Shown here one piece after another: positions 9,975 to 20,479 of a stretch of 64,000 nucleotides of DNA. Numbering within the stretch: position 1 is the stretch's first letter; each line of letters starts with the position of its first letter. The translations under genes and the position numbers were made by a program. This stretch comes from Candidatus Foliamicus sp. (GTDB lineage: Bacteria > Pseudomonadota > Gammaproteobacteria > Steroidobacterales > Foliamicaceae). Under the pieces are notes generated by a model. The model was not told where the DNA came from. It saw only the letters and a list, made by a program, of their open reading frames with translations, and ran no database searches. The stretch lies in contig OZ253475.1 of the NCBI GenBank assembly GCA_965261845.1, positions 3,238,152-3,302,151 on the forward strand, written 5' to 3'.

Positions 9975-10979
9975 ATGGCGAACATCATTGGTTTTGGCGA
10001 GATCATGCTGCGCTTGGCGACGCCGCGTGGCGAAGTACTCGACGGAACCCGGTCGCTGGACGTGGACTTCGGCGGCGCCGAGGCAAACACGATCATCGCG
10101 CTGGCCCGTTTGGGTCACGACACGGCGTTCCTGACCGGCCTGCCCGACAACGACTGGGGCCGGCGCTGCACGGCGATGCTGGCCGCCGCCGGAGTGCAAA
10201 GCAAGAGCGTGTTCCAGGATGGCGCTCGCATTGGGACCTACTTCCTTGAGACAGGCGCCGGTTTGCGCGGCGGCAGAGTGATCTACGACCGCAAGGATTC
10301 CGCGTTCGCCCGCTCAGAGTGGTCGGACGCCGATTGGCCACGACTGCTTGCCGGCATGGATTGGCTTCATTTGAGCGGTATCACGCCGGCACTTTCCCAG
10401 TCCGCGGCGAAAGCCTGCGAAGAAGCTGCCCAGGCCGCCCGCCGGGCCGGTTGCAAGGTCTCGTTCGACTGCAACTATCGTGAGGCGCTATGGACCGATT
10501 CCGCGCAGTTCGGCGCGGCTTGCCGCAGGATCGTGGCCTACGCGGACCTGGTGTTCTGCGGTTGCCGGGAGATTCGCTGGATACTCAACGAGGAGCGCCC
10601 CGAGGAAATCTCGCCGGACCCCGCGCATGGCTTCGGCATGCTTAAGGACGTGGCCCCGCACATGAACGTGCTGGCGGGCACCTTGCACGACCAGGGCGAG
10701 AGCGGGGCCCCCAAGCTCGGCGGATTCGCCACCAACGGCGAGCAGTCCGCCAAGCTGGATCCCCACGGCCTGGGCGAGGTCGTGGATCCCGTGGGCGGCG
10801 GCGACGCCTTCGCGGCCGGTATCCTGCATGGCCTGGCCGAAGGCTGGGGCGTGATCAGGGCCGCCGAGTTCGGACTCGCCGCGGCCTCGCTCAAGCACAC
10901 AATCCTGGGCGATCAGCTCCGCGCCACGCCCGCAGAAGTCATGCGCTACGCGGTAAACGGAGGCGCCGTTTCCCGCTGA
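9975..10979 (+). CDS. kdgK: PfkB-family sugar kinase, 2-keto-3-deoxygluconate kinase-like
   Basis: FGEIMLRL, GGAEAN, DCNYR, DPVGGGDAFAAG. Confidence 0.75.
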   Translation: MANIIGFGEIMLRLATPRGEVLDGTRSLDVDFGGAEANTIIALARLGHDTAFLTGLPDNDWGRRCTAMLAAAGVQSKSVFQDGARIGTYFLETGAGLRGGRVIYDRKDSAFARSEWSDADWPRLLAGMDWLHLSGITPALSQSAAKACEEAAQAARRAGCKVSFDCNYREALWTDSAQFGAACRRIVAYADLVFCGCREIRWILNEERPEEISPDPAHGFGMLKDVAPHMNVLAGTLHDQGESGAPKLGGFATNGEQSAKLDPHGLGEVVDPVGGGDAFAAGILHGLAEGWGVIRAAEFGLAAASLKHTILGDQLRATPAEVMRYAVNGGAVSR

Positions 10980-10987
10980 GGCGCCGT

Positions 10988-12490
10988 TCACTTCATCGTA
11001 GGCATCGAGAATTCGGGGTCGGCGGACGGCCCCGCGGGCCAGCGTGCCGTGACCGATTTCATGCGCGTATAGAACCGCACTCCGTCCGGGCCATGCATGT
11101 GCAGCGGGCCGAACAGGGATCGTTTCCAGCCACCGAAGCTGTGAAATGCCATCGGCACCGGGATCGGCACATTGACTCCAACCATTCCGACCTGTATCTC
11201 CTCGCAGAAACGGCGTGCGCTGTCGCCGTCACGCGTGAAGATAGCGGTGCCGTTGCCGTATTCATGCTCATTGATCAGGCGGACCGCTTCATCGCGGCTT
11301 TCTACGCGCACGACGCTGAGCACCGGTCCGAAAATTTCCTCCTCGTAGATGCGCATGCCGCGCTTTACGTGATCGAACAGCGTCGCGCCAACAAAGAAAC
11401 CGCGATTCTCCCCGGAATATTCAAAATTACGGCCATCCCGGAGAAGCGTGGCGCCTTCCTCAACACCGCTGTCGATGTATCCGCGTACCCTGGCTGCATG
11501 CTGCGCTGAAATCAGCGGTCCCATGTGGGCTTCGTGCTCAAGGCCGTAGCCCGGGCCCACCCGCAGCGAGTCGATCTCCTGCTCCAGTCGGCTGACGAGC
11601 CGGTCGGCCACATCATCCCCGACGCAGACTGCCACGGAAATCGCCATGCAGCGTTCGCCCGCCGAGCCATAGGCAGCGCCGATCAGCGAATGCACGACCT
11701 GGTCGGGGTCAGCGTCGGGCATGATGAGCATGTGATTCTTTGCGCCGCCCAGCGCCTGCACGCGTTTCTCGCATGCGCCCGCCGTTGCGTACACGTACTT
11801 CGCGACAGGGGTTGACCCCACGAAGCTGACGGCCTGGACACGTTCATCCGTCAGCAGAACGTCAACGGCGGCCTTGTCGCCGTTGACGATGTTAAGGACA
11901 CCATCCGGAAGGCCGGCCTGGGTGAGAAGTTCGGCCAGCCGCAACGTCACCGATGGGTCTTTCTCCGACGGTTTCATCACGAAGGTGTTGCCGCAGGCGA
12001 TGGCGACCGGAAACATCCACATGGGCACCATCGCCGGAAAATTGAACGGGCTGATCCCGGCGCAAACGCCAAGGGGTTGCATGAGGCTGTAGCCGTCCAC
12101 CCCCCGCCCCACGTTCAGGCTGTGCTCACCCTTGAGCAGATGCGGGATTCCCGTTGCAAACTCCACAACCTCGAGTCCGCGCGCCAGTTCGTTGCGCGCA
12201 TCGGAGAGCACCTTGCCGTGTTCCATCGTAATAAGTTCGGCCAGCTCCTGGCGATGTTCATCGACCAGCGCCTTGAAGGCGAACATCACCCGGGCCCGGT
12301 TCAGTGGCGTGACCGCCTTCCAGGACGCAAAGGCCTGCTGTGCCGCTGCAATTGCGGCCCGCGTCTCGTCGTCGCTCGAAAGCGCGACGTTGAGACGCTG
12401 CTCTCCAGTCGCCGGGTTGTAAACCGGTGCGACCCGCCCGGACGTGCTCGCGACGCATGCCCCCTGAACAAAGTTTCCAATCGTCTCCAT
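10988..12490 (-). CDS. mmsA: CoA-acylating (methyl)malonate-semialdehyde dehydrogenase
   Basis: AGISPFNFPAMVPMW, KPSEKDP, GGAKNH, GSAGERCMA, EEIFGPVL, VPIPVP. Start trimmed to METIGNF. Confidence 0.93.
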   Translation of the reverse strand: METIGNFVQGACVASTSGRVAPVYNPATGEQRLNVALSSDDETRAAIAAAQQAFASWKAVTPLNRARVMFAFKALVDEHRQELAELITMEHGKVLSDARNELARGLEVVEFATGIPHLLKGEHSLNVGRGVDGYSLMQPLGVCAGISPFNFPAMVPMWMFPVAIACGNTFVMKPSEKDPSVTLRLAELLTQAGLPDGVLNIVNGDKAAVDVLLTDERVQAVSFVGSTPVAKYVYATAGACEKRVQALGGAKNHMLIMPDADPDQVVHSLIGAAYGSAGERCMAISVAVCVGDDVADRLVSRLEQEIDSLRVGPGYGLEHEAHMGPLISAQHAARVRGYIDSGVEEGATLLRDGRNFEYSGENRGFFVGATLFDHVKRGMRIYEEEIFGPVLSVVRVESRDEAVRLINEHEYGNGTAIFTRDGDSARRFCEEIQVGMVGVNVPIPVPMAFHSFGGWKRSLFGPLHMHGPDGVRFYTRMKSVTARWPAGPSADPEFSMPTMK

Positions 12491-12518
12491 GATCCTGTAC
12501 CTGGTATGTACTAGCTTT

Positions 12519-12547
12519 ACTAGTGTGCCTGGTGTGCTGTCCCGCAA
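12519..12547 (-). mobile_element. Solo IS630-type terminal inverted repeat
   Basis: 12532-12547 GTGTGCTGTCCCGCAA is the exact reverse complement of 24501-24516 (end of the IS630 relic). 12519-12528 ACTAGTGTGC is the reverse complement of 24511-24520. A 9-bp imperfect duplication (CTAGTGTGC/CTGGTGTGC) separates the two matches. Confidence 0.75.
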
Positions 12548-15004
12548 TCAGCAGCGGATGCGGCTGCTTTTGGGGTCGTACATCGGGATTGAAGATACCT
12601 CGGCCGGTATGGGCTCGCCGGCCACTTCGATGCGGAAGCCCCCTTCAGCCGGGTCTGGCGCCTTGGCTGTATCGACGTAGCCGAGCCCGATGGCGCCGCC
12701 GAGCGTGTGGCCATAGGCGCCGGAGGTGACGTGACCGACCAGGGCGTCATCGCGCCAGATGGGTTCGTCGTGGTAGAGCAGGGGACGCGGGTCCAGCAGC
12801 CGGAACTGCAACAAGCGCTTCGGCGGCCCCGCAGCCTTTGCCTTCAGCAGCGCCTCGCGCCCGATGAACCCGCCCGGCTTGTCGAACTTCACGGCAAAGC
12901 TTAAGCCCGCTTCCAGCGGGGTGTCCTCGTCGGTGATGTCGTGGCCCCAATGACGATAGGCTTTTTCGATGCGCAGCGAATCCAGCGCGTGGTAGCCGGC
13001 ATGGGTCAGGCCGAACGGTGCGCCCGCGGCGACGATGGTGTCGTAGACGCCGGCCACAAACTCGGTGGGGATATAGAGTTCCCAGCCGAGTTCGCCGACG
13101 TAGGTAATCCGGGAGGCTCGCACCAAGGCGTAGCCAAGCTCGATTTCCCGGCTGTGGGCGAACGGAAAGGACTCGTGCGAGAGGCTGTTCGGAGTCAGGG
13201 ACTGCAGCAGCGGCCGGGCGTTCGGGCCCATGATCGAAATCACTCCCATGGCCGAAGTCACATTGGTCGGCACACAGTGGGCGTCGTCCGGAATGTGCCG
13301 TTGCAGCCAGTTGAAGTCCCGCACTTCGGTGGCCGCGGCGGTCACGATCAGGAAGCAATCTTCGGCCAGGCGGGTCACGGTGAGATCCGCTTCGATGCCG
13401 CCCCGCTCGTTCAGCCATTGGGTGTAGACGATGCGGCCGGGGCGCACGTCAACATCGTTTGCGCAGACGAAATTGAGCACCCGGGCGGCATCACCGCCCT
13501 TGAGCCGGAATTTGGCGAAAGAGGACAGGTCGAACAGACCTGCCTTCTCGCGCACCGCCCGGTGTTCCGATGCGGAATGTTCGAACCAATTCTGCCGCCC
13601 GTAGCTGTACTCGTAACTGGCCAGCGCCGGGTCCGGCGCGTACCAGTTGGGCCGCTCCCAGCCCGCAACCTCGCCGTGGCACGCTCCGATGGCTTGCAGG
13701 CGATCGTAGAGCGGCGATTTGCGAACTCCCCGAGCGGTGTCGTACTGACGATAGGGGTAGTGCGTGGCGTATAGGAGGCCGAGGCTCTCGGACACGCGTT
13801 CGCGCAGGTACTTCCGATTGCGTTGAAAGGGCTGATTGCGGCGCACATCCACTTCCCACAGGTCCGTCGGCGGGTGTCCGAGGCGAATCCACTCCGAAAT
13901 CACCTTGCCGATGCCGCCGGCGGACTGCAGGCCAATGGAATTGAGTCCCGCCGCCACAAAACAATTGTCGAGTTCGGGTGCCCGGCCGATGTGGTAGCGC
14001 ACGTCCGGCGTAAAACTCTCCGGGCCGCAGAAGAAATTGTGCAGCCCGGCGGATGCCAGCGCCGGTACGCGCGTCATGGCCTGCTCAAGGATGGGTTCGA
14101 AGTGCTCGAAACTGCCGGCGAGCTCGTCGAAACAGAAGTCCTGGGGGATGCCCTCTGTGGCCCAGGGGCGGGCCCGGGGTTCGAAGGCGCCGACCAGCAG
14201 CTTGCCCGCGTCATACTTGTAGTAGGTGCAGGCGTCGTAGTCACGCACCACCGGGAAGTTCGAATCCAGCCCCGCCACCGATTCGAACAGGGCGTAGTAG
14301 TGCTCGCAAGCATGCAGGGGCACGTTCACACCGACTGTCGCCGCCAGTTCCCGCGTCCACATACCGGCGCATAAAACCACGCAATCCGTGTCGATATCGC
14401 CTTGCCCGGTGGCCACGCCGGTTACGCTGCCGTGGCCTGTACGGATGGCCGTTGCCGGCAGGTTCTGAAAGATGCGCGCGCCGGCGGCGGTGGCGCCCCT
14501 GGCCAGCGCGTTGGTGATGTCAACCGCGTTGGCATAGCCGTCGGAAGGAATGTGGATGCCGCCGAGCAGATCCCCGGAATGCAGCAGGGGTACTCGTCTC
14601 TTGATGTCCTTGGGCGTGACCACCTCCACTTCCAGCCCGAATACCTTCGCCATCGACGCGCTGCGCTTGAGCTCCTCGAACCGCTCCTCGTTGGTGGCGA
14701 CGGAAAAGGAACCGCAGCGCCGGTAGCCGGTCGCCTGGCCGGTTTCCGCCTCCAGGCGCCGGTAGAGCGTGCTCGTGTAGCGCGCCAGCCGGGTCATGTT
14801 GATGGACGTGCGCAGCTGCCCGACCAGTCCCGCCGCGTGCCAGGTGGTGCCCGAAGTGAGCTGCCTGCGCTCCAGCAGCGTTACGTCGCGGACCCCATCC
14901 CGCGCCAGGTGATACGCTACCGAGCAGCCGATCACGCCGCCGCCGATCACGATCACGCTGGCGCTGCGCGGCAGGTCGTCAGAGCGGTCGGGCCGGGTCG
15001 TCAC
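12548..15004 (-). CDS. GcvT-family FAD/folate N-methyl dehydrogenase, sarcosine dehydrogenase-like
   Basis: VIGGGVIG, LTSGTTWHAAGLV (covalent-FAD His), GPESFTPD, GWERPNWY, C-terminal GcvT domain; 818 aa. Confidence 0.9.
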   Translation of the reverse strand: MTTRPDRSDDLPRSASVIVIGGGVIGCSVAYHLARDGVRDVTLLERRQLTSGTTWHAAGLVGQLRTSINMTRLARYTSTLYRRLEAETGQATGYRRCGSFSVATNEERFEELKRSASMAKVFGLEVEVVTPKDIKRRVPLLHSGDLLGGIHIPSDGYANAVDITNALARGATAAGARIFQNLPATAIRTGHGSVTGVATGQGDIDTDCVVLCAGMWTRELAATVGVNVPLHACEHYYALFESVAGLDSNFPVVRDYDACTYYKYDAGKLLVGAFEPRARPWATEGIPQDFCFDELAGSFEHFEPILEQAMTRVPALASAGLHNFFCGPESFTPDVRYHIGRAPELDNCFVAAGLNSIGLQSAGGIGKVISEWIRLGHPPTDLWEVDVRRNQPFQRNRKYLRERVSESLGLLYATHYPYRQYDTARGVRKSPLYDRLQAIGACHGEVAGWERPNWYAPDPALASYEYSYGRQNWFEHSASEHRAVREKAGLFDLSSFAKFRLKGGDAARVLNFVCANDVDVRPGRIVYTQWLNERGGIEADLTVTRLAEDCFLIVTAAATEVRDFNWLQRHIPDDAHCVPTNVTSAMGVISIMGPNARPLLQSLTPNSLSHESFPFAHSREIELGYALVRASRITYVGELGWELYIPTEFVAGVYDTIVAAGAPFGLTHAGYHALDSLRIEKAYRHWGHDITDEDTPLEAGLSFAVKFDKPGGFIGREALLKAKAAGPPKRLLQFRLLDPRPLLYHDEPIWRDDALVGHVTSGAYGHTLGGAIGLGYVDTAKAPDPAEGGFRIEVAGEPIPAEVSSIPMYDPKSSRIRC

Positions 15005-15010
15005 GAGCCG

Positions 15011-17425
15011 TCAGGCGCGTAAACGGACGTTGGCCGGGTCGTGCACGGGCTCATTCAGCAGCGTCGCCGGCCGCCGTTGCCCGAGCACTTCGACCGTCAA
15101 CGCCGTGCCGGAGTCGGCCAGGGACGGCGGCACGTAGCCGAAGCCGAGGCTCCGCCGGACAAAGTGGCCATAGCCGCCGGAGGTGGTCACCCCCACGCAC
15201 CGCTCACCGGCGAAGATCGGCTCCCCGCCCTGCACATCCGCATCGCCGGGGTCCAGGGTGAAGTAGATCAGTTGCAGCGTGCGGTCCCGCTGCTTGAGGG
15301 TCGCTTCCCGGCCGATGAAGTCGCCCTTGTCGAACTTGATGAAGCGCTCCATGGCCGCGTCGATCATGGTGACTTCGTTAGTCAGTTCCACACCCCAACT
15401 GCGATAGGCTTTTTCCAGTCGCAGGCTGTTGACCGCATAGAGGCCGAAATTGCGGATGCCGAATGTCGCTCCTGCCGCCACCAGCGCGTCATACAGCGCC
15501 TCCAGATGTTCAATGGCGGGGTGCAGTTCCCAGCCGAGTTCGCCCACGTAGTTCACTCGCAAGGCCCGCACCGGCATCCCGGCGATATCGATTTCCTTAG
15601 CCGTCAGCCAGCGAAAAGCGCTGCTGTCCAGGGGCGAATCCGTCACCTGGGCCAGCACTTCCCGGGCGCTCGGTCCGGCCAGCACCAGCACCCCCCGCCG
15701 GTCGGTGACATTGGCGACGCATGCCTGCTCCGCGGGGCGCCGGCCCTGTTGCAGGTAGTCCAGATCGCGCAGTTCGGCGCCGGCGGCGGAAAGCACGTAG
15801 AAGGTCTCATCGTCGAGGTGGGTGATGGTCAGTTCCGCGCCGATGCGCCCACCCTCGGAGAGCAGATGGGTGAGCGCCATACCGCCACCCGCCGGCACCC
15901 GGTTGGCGCAGAGTCGATTCAGCATGCTACGGGCATCGGGGCCCGTCACGTCGAACTTGGCGAATCCGGAGAGGTCCAGGATGCCGACCCGCTCGCGCAC
16001 GGCCAGGCACTCTTCGCGCACCAACTCGAACACGTTGTTGTGGCGAAAGCTGTATTGCTCCTCCCGGCCGTCGGGCGAGAACCACTTGGGCCGCTCCCAG
16101 CCAAAGGTATCGGTAAACACGCAGCCCTGGGCCTTGAGCTTGTCGTACAGGGGGCTCGTCCGGCATCGGCGGGCCGCCGGCAGTTCTTCCCCCGGAGGCG
16201 GCGTGGCGTAGGTCCTGGCGTAGTCCTGGCGGCCCCTGGCGCCCATGTAGCCAGCTTCGGCAAACACCCCGAAGCGGCGCGGATCGAACCCGGTCATGTT
16301 GATCTCGGAGTCGCCATGCAACATCCACTGGGCCAGGTACTTGCCGCAGCCGGCGCCCTGGGCAATGCCGAAGGACGAACCGCAGCAGAGCCAGAAATTG
16401 CGCAGCCCGGCCACCGGGCCGAGCAGTGGCAGACCGTCGGGGCTGTGGGAGATGGCGCCGTTGACGATGCGCTTGATGCCTGCTGGTTCGAAGATCGGCA
16501 TGCGCTCCATGGCGCGCTCCAGCCAGGGCATCAGCCGCTCGAGATCGTCCTCGAACAGTTCGCTGTCGGACTCCCAGGGCGGCAGTCCGCCCGGTTGCCA
16601 GGCTTCGCTTAAGCCCTCGGACTCATAGATGCCGATCAGGCCGGACTCCTGCTCCTGGCGCAGGTAGACGGAGGCATAGGGGTCGCGGGTCACGGGGAGT
16701 TCTTCACTTCTGCCGGCCAGTTCCGGCACCGGGCCTGAGACAAGATAGTGGTGCTGGATGTTGCAGATGGGAAGGTCCGCGCCTACCATCCCTGCGACTT
16801 GCCGGGCGAAGCAGCCGGCGGCATTGACCACGGTTTCGGCGATAACCGGCCCCTGTTGTGTCATCACTTTCCATTCGCCGCCCGGCAGGGCGTCAATGCC
16901 GGTCACTCGATTGTGCCGCATGATCCTCGCACCCAGGTCGCGCGCGCCCTTGGCCATTGCCTGGCAAAGCCCGAACGGGTCGGCATGACCGTCGTGGCGA
17001 GTCCAGGCGCCGGCCAGCACCCCTTCGGTTGAGACAAAGGGATTCAACTTGCCGATCTTTGCAACGTCGACGATCTCCATGTGGTAACCGACATTTGCAG
17101 CGATACCGCGCAGGTAGCGGAACCAGTCCAGATCCTGCTCGGTGAGGGCAAAGCGGACGCTGCCGCAGGCGTGCCAGGTGACCGACTGTCCGGTCAGTTG
17201 CTCCAGTTTCCGGTACAGGGAAATGCTGTACTCGTGGATCTTGGCGAGGTTGTAGTTACCGACCAGGTTGGGGCATTGACCGGCCGCGTGCCAGGTCGAG
17301 CCCGAAGTCAACTCGCCCTTCTCGATCAGCAGGACATCGCCGCACCCCTCGGCCGCCAGGTGGTAGAGCAAGCCGACGCCCATAATGCCGCCGCCGACAA
17401 TGACAATTCGAGCCTGTTTCTGCAT
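15011..17425 (-). CDS. GcvT-family FAD/folate N-methyl dehydrogenase, dimethylglycine dehydrogenase-like
   Basis: IVGGGIMG, LTSGSTWHAAG, SHSPDG, GWERPKWF, GcvT C-terminus. Start trimmed to MQKQARI (GGAG RBS). Confidence 0.9.
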   Translation of the reverse strand: MQKQARIVIVGGGIMGVGLLYHLAAEGCGDVLLIEKGELTSGSTWHAAGQCPNLVGNYNLAKIHEYSISLYRKLEQLTGQSVTWHACGSVRFALTEQDLDWFRYLRGIAANVGYHMEIVDVAKIGKLNPFVSTEGVLAGAWTRHDGHADPFGLCQAMAKGARDLGARIMRHNRVTGIDALPGGEWKVMTQQGPVIAETVVNAAGCFARQVAGMVGADLPICNIQHHYLVSGPVPELAGRSEELPVTRDPYASVYLRQEQESGLIGIYESEGLSEAWQPGGLPPWESDSELFEDDLERLMPWLERAMERMPIFEPAGIKRIVNGAISHSPDGLPLLGPVAGLRNFWLCCGSSFGIAQGAGCGKYLAQWMLHGDSEINMTGFDPRRFGVFAEAGYMGARGRQDYARTYATPPPGEELPAARRCRTSPLYDKLKAQGCVFTDTFGWERPKWFSPDGREEQYSFRHNNVFELVREECLAVRERVGILDLSGFAKFDVTGPDARSMLNRLCANRVPAGGGMALTHLLSEGGRIGAELTITHLDDETFYVLSAAGAELRDLDYLQQGRRPAEQACVANVTDRRGVLVLAGPSAREVLAQVTDSPLDSSAFRWLTAKEIDIAGMPVRALRVNYVGELGWELHPAIEHLEALYDALVAAGATFGIRNFGLYAVNSLRLEKAYRSWGVELTNEVTMIDAAMERFIKFDKGDFIGREATLKQRDRTLQLIYFTLDPGDADVQGGEPIFAGERCVGVTTSGGYGHFVRRSLGFGYVPPSLADSGTALTVEVLGQRRPATLLNEPVHDPANVRLRA

Positions 17426-17482
17426 GGCGTTCTCCGCGCTTGGATGGCCACCGCTCAAATTCTCAGGGAAGTTGGGGTCAAC

Positions 17483-17500
17483 TTGCAATATGGATTGCGA
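17483..17500. promoter_or_regulatory. Candidate operator palindrome TTGCAAT-N4-ATTGCGA upstream of the dehydrogenase pair
   Basis: AT-rich 7-4-7 dyad with one mismatch, about 60 bp upstream of the ATG at 17425. Confidence 0.35.
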
Positions 17501-17822
17501 TATCAGCCGGCGTTTCGGTAAACGGCGGGCGGCAGCAGGCGGTCACAGCGCCCATGTCAGCATCGCAATCTCGTTGGTCATCGAAAAGCGCTTTTTCCCA
17601 TTGCGGATGTCAATTCATGACTGCTAATATGCCGCTACGGGCCGCTGGATCGGCCGTGAGATGGAGCAGCCGGGCAGGAACGCGCGCCGGGCCGGTTCGG
17701 CCCGTAGCACAGCCGTTCGCCACAAGCGTCTGCCTGCCCCATAATCGCGACCCGACCGGATTCCCGCTCAGGAACTGCTGAACTTTTTAAGGCCGCAGTT
17801 TTGGTGGTTGGAGGTAGTTGGC

Positions 17823-18548
17823 ATGAACGACGACGTGGACGGCAAGGACATGGCTGCGGAGCAGCCGGACGATCTCGTCCTCTCTGAACTCGCCGACGAT
17901 GAACTGGTCGAGCAAATGCACGACGATCTGTACGACGGTCTCAGGGATGAAATCGTTGAAGCCACGGAGATTCTGCTGCAGCGGGGCTGGGCGCCGGAAA
18001 AGGTGCTGAGCGATGCCCTGGTGGGCGGAATGCAGATCGTCGGTGTCGACTTTCGCGACGGCATCCTGTTCGTGCCGGAGGTGCTGCTGGCGGCCAACGC
18101 CATGAAGGGCGGCATGGCCGTGCTACGGCCGTTGCTGGCGGAGACGGGCGCGAAGCCGGTCGGCAAGATGGTGATCGGTACGGTCAAGGGCGACATTCAC
18201 GACATCGGCAAGAACCTGGTGGGCATGATGATGGAGGGCGCCGGTTATGAGGTGATCGATATCGGCATCAACAACAGCGTTGAAAGCTACCTGGAAGCGC
18301 TGCACAAACACCGCCCGGACATTCTCGGCATGTCGGCCCTGCTGACCACCACCATGCCGTACATGAAGGTGGTCATCGACGAACTGGTGGCGCTATCCAT
18401 CCGCGAAGACTACATTGTGCTGGTCGGCGGCGCGCCCCTGAACGAGGAATTCGGCATGGCGGTGGGCGCGGACGCCTATTGCCGCGATGCCGCCACCGCG
18501 GTGGACACCGCCGCCCTCCTGATGCGCAAGAGGCACAACGACAGATGA
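17823..18548 (+). CDS. Stand-alone corrinoid (B12-binding) methyl-carrier protein
   Basis: Cap domain FVPEVLLAANAM; B12 motif GTVKGDIHDIGKNLV...GMSALLTTTM...VGGAP; GGAGG RBS. Confidence 0.95.
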   Translation: MNDDVDGKDMAAEQPDDLVLSELADDELVEQMHDDLYDGLRDEIVEATEILLQRGWAPEKVLSDALVGGMQIVGVDFRDGILFVPEVLLAANAMKGGMAVLRPLLAETGAKPVGKMVIGTVKGDIHDIGKNLVGMMMEGAGYEVIDIGINNSVESYLEALHKHRPDILGMSALLTTTMPYMKVVIDELVALSIREDYIVLVGGAPLNEEFGMAVGADAYCRDAATAVDTAALLMRKRHNDR

Positions 18549-19210
18549 CACGGGACTCTGCGGACGGGATAGGGGCCCGCCGAGGGGACGCGGGCGAGGC
18601 GCAACTGCCGATGAAACGGGATCCGGTGCTGGTGATCGCGTGCGGCGCTCTCGGCCGGGAGTTGCATGCGATTCGGCACGCCAACGGCTGGAACCACCTT
18701 CGCATCCGTTGCCTGGATCCGCAATTGCACATTCGCCCGGAGCAGATCGCGCCCCGGCTGCGCGCGGAGATCAAGCGCGCGAGCGGGCAGTACCACCGCA
18801 TCTTCATCGGTTATGCGGATTGCGGCAGCTATGGCGAGATCGACCGGGTGCTGGAGGACTATCCCGGGGTGGAGCGCCTGCCGGGCCTGCACTGCTATGA
18901 GTTGTTCGCCAGCCCCGAGGTCTTCCAACGCCTGGCCGATGAAGAGCCGGGCACCTTCTACCTCACCGATTTCCTGGTGCGCTTCTTTGACCGGCTAGTC
19001 GTGCAGACGCTGCAACTTGACCGCCATCCTGAACTGTCTGAGGCCTTCTTCGGCAACTACCGGCGCGTGGTCTATCTGTCCCAGACCCGGAACGCGGAAC
19101 TGCTCGCCGCGGCCCGGGCGGCCGCGGCCCGCCTGGGCCTTGAATTTGCCCACCTTCACACCGGCTACCGCGGTTTGCAAGACCGTGTCGCCCGGACGGC
19201 CGCAGGCTGA
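18545..19210 (+). CDS. DUF1638-like protein (accessory to corrinoid methyltransfer)
   Basis: VIACGALGRE, LHIRPEQI, YADCGSYG, HCYELF, TFYLTDFLVR. ATGA overlap with the upstream gene; alternative start 18611. Confidence 0.8.
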   Translation: MTRDSADGIGARRGDAGEAQLPMKRDPVLVIACGALGRELHAIRHANGWNHLRIRCLDPQLHIRPEQIAPRLRAEIKRASGQYHRIFIGYADCGSYGEIDRVLEDYPGVERLPGLHCYELFASPEVFQRLADEEPGTFYLTDFLVRFFDRLVVQTLQLDRHPELSEAFFGNYRRVVYLSQTRNAELLAAARAAAARLGLEFAHLHTGYRGLQDRVARTAAG

Positions 19211-19214
19211 CGCC

Positions 19215-19526
19215 ATGGACGCGATCCTGCTGAGGTGGCGTGATATCCCCTCACAGGTTATCGTCAGGCAGGGCAGAAGGCGCGCAAGGGCGCGGTTGAG
19301 CGGGCGCTTTCAGAACGCCATCGATCGCGCCGCCATGCGGGCGAAGAAGCGTAGCGCCGATGCCTACATCGATGAATGGGCGCGGGAGCCGATCAAGCCT
19401 GGGGCGGATGATGCGGCGGCGGATTTGCAGGTGGTCGCGGACCGGCTTGCGGCCCGGTTCGAAACGCGTTATTCGGACGAACGTCTGCTGGCGCTCATTC
19501 GCAATCACGGCTTGGCGGAGGATTGA
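19215..19526 (+). CDS. Small 'virulence factor' family protein of corrinoid/folate clusters
   Basis: WRDIPSQV...LSGRFQNAIDRAAM...DAYIDEW motif. Confidence 0.75.
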   Translation: MDAILLRWRDIPSQVIVRQGRRRARARLSGRFQNAIDRAAMRAKKRSADAYIDEWAREPIKPGADDAAADLQVVADRLAARFETRYSDERLLALIRNHGLAED

Positions 19527-19562
19527 AGGGATGTGCCGGATGCGTCTGTTGGTGGCCGAGGC

Positions 19563-20459
19563 ATGACGGACACGGTAATCGCTTCCCATCGCCGGGAGGT
19601 GGCGATCGGTTTCGATCGGCCCTTTGTGATCATAGGCGAGCGCATCAACCCCACCGGGCGCAAGATTCTGGCGGCGGAAATGAAGGCGGGAGACTACCAC
19701 CGCGTGGCCGCGGACGCGGTCGCCCAGGTAGAGGCCGGCGCCCACATGCTGGATGTGAACGCCGGAATTCCGCTGGCGGACGAACCCGCCATTCTGGCCG
19801 AGGCCATCAAGCTGGTGCAGTCGGTAACCGATGTACCCCTGTGCATCGATTCCTCCATCGTCGCTGCGCTGGAATCCGGCCTGGCGGCCTATCGCGGCAA
19901 GGCGCTGGTCAACTCGGTCACGGGCGAAGAGGACAGGCTGGAAACGGTGCTGCCGCTGGTAGCCCGGCACGGCGCCGCGGTGGTGGCCATTTCCAACGAC
20001 GAAACCGGCATCTCCGAGGATCCGGACGTGCGCTTTGAAGTGGCCAGGAAGATCGTCGAACGAGCTCAGGACCACGGCATTTCCCGCAGCGACGTTGTGG
20101 TCGATCCGCTGGTTATGCCGATCGGCGCGATCAACTCCGCCGGCCGGCAGGTCATGCACCTGGTCAGCCGATTGCGCAGGGAACTGAAGGTCAATACCAC
20201 CTGCGGTGCGTCCAATGTGAGTTTCGGCCTGCCCAATCGAAACGGTATCAACAGCGCATTTCTCACCATGGCGATCGGAGCCGGCATGACTTCCGCGATC
20301 ACCAACCCGCTGCACAGTGAGGTCCTGCAGGCGGTCCTTGGCGCCGATGTCATGATGGGCAAGGATCCCAATTGCGCGCGCTGGATCGGCAAGTACCGCG
20401 AACCCGGTGCGCCAGCGGGGGCCCGAGGGAACCGGCGGGGCCGCCGCCGCCGCGGCTGA
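19563..20459 (+). CDS. Pterin-binding methyltetrahydrofolate:corrinoid methyltransferase
   Basis: IIGERINPTGRK, LDVNAG, LCIDSS, LVNSVTGE, VVDPLVMP, GASNVSFGLPNR. Alternative start 19533. Confidence 0.93.
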   Translation: MTDTVIASHRREVAIGFDRPFVIIGERINPTGRKILAAEMKAGDYHRVAADAVAQVEAGAHMLDVNAGIPLADEPAILAEAIKLVQSVTDVPLCIDSSIVAALESGLAAYRGKALVNSVTGEEDRLETVLPLVARHGAAVVAISNDETGISEDPDVRFEVARKIVERAQDHGISRSDVVVDPLVMPIGAINSAGRQVMHLVSRLRRELKVNTTCGASNVSFGLPNRNGINSAFLTMAIGAGMTSAITNPLHSEVLQAVLGADVMMGKDPNCARWIGKYREPGAPAGARGNRRGRRRRG

Positions 20460-20479
20460 CCCCGGGGCTTGTACAGGTC

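Noticed and set aside
17426-17822. Cobalamin or glycine riboswitch in the divergent intergenic region
   Set aside because: I could not find the B12-box or glycine-aptamer core motifs on either strand. A covariance-model search would be decisive.
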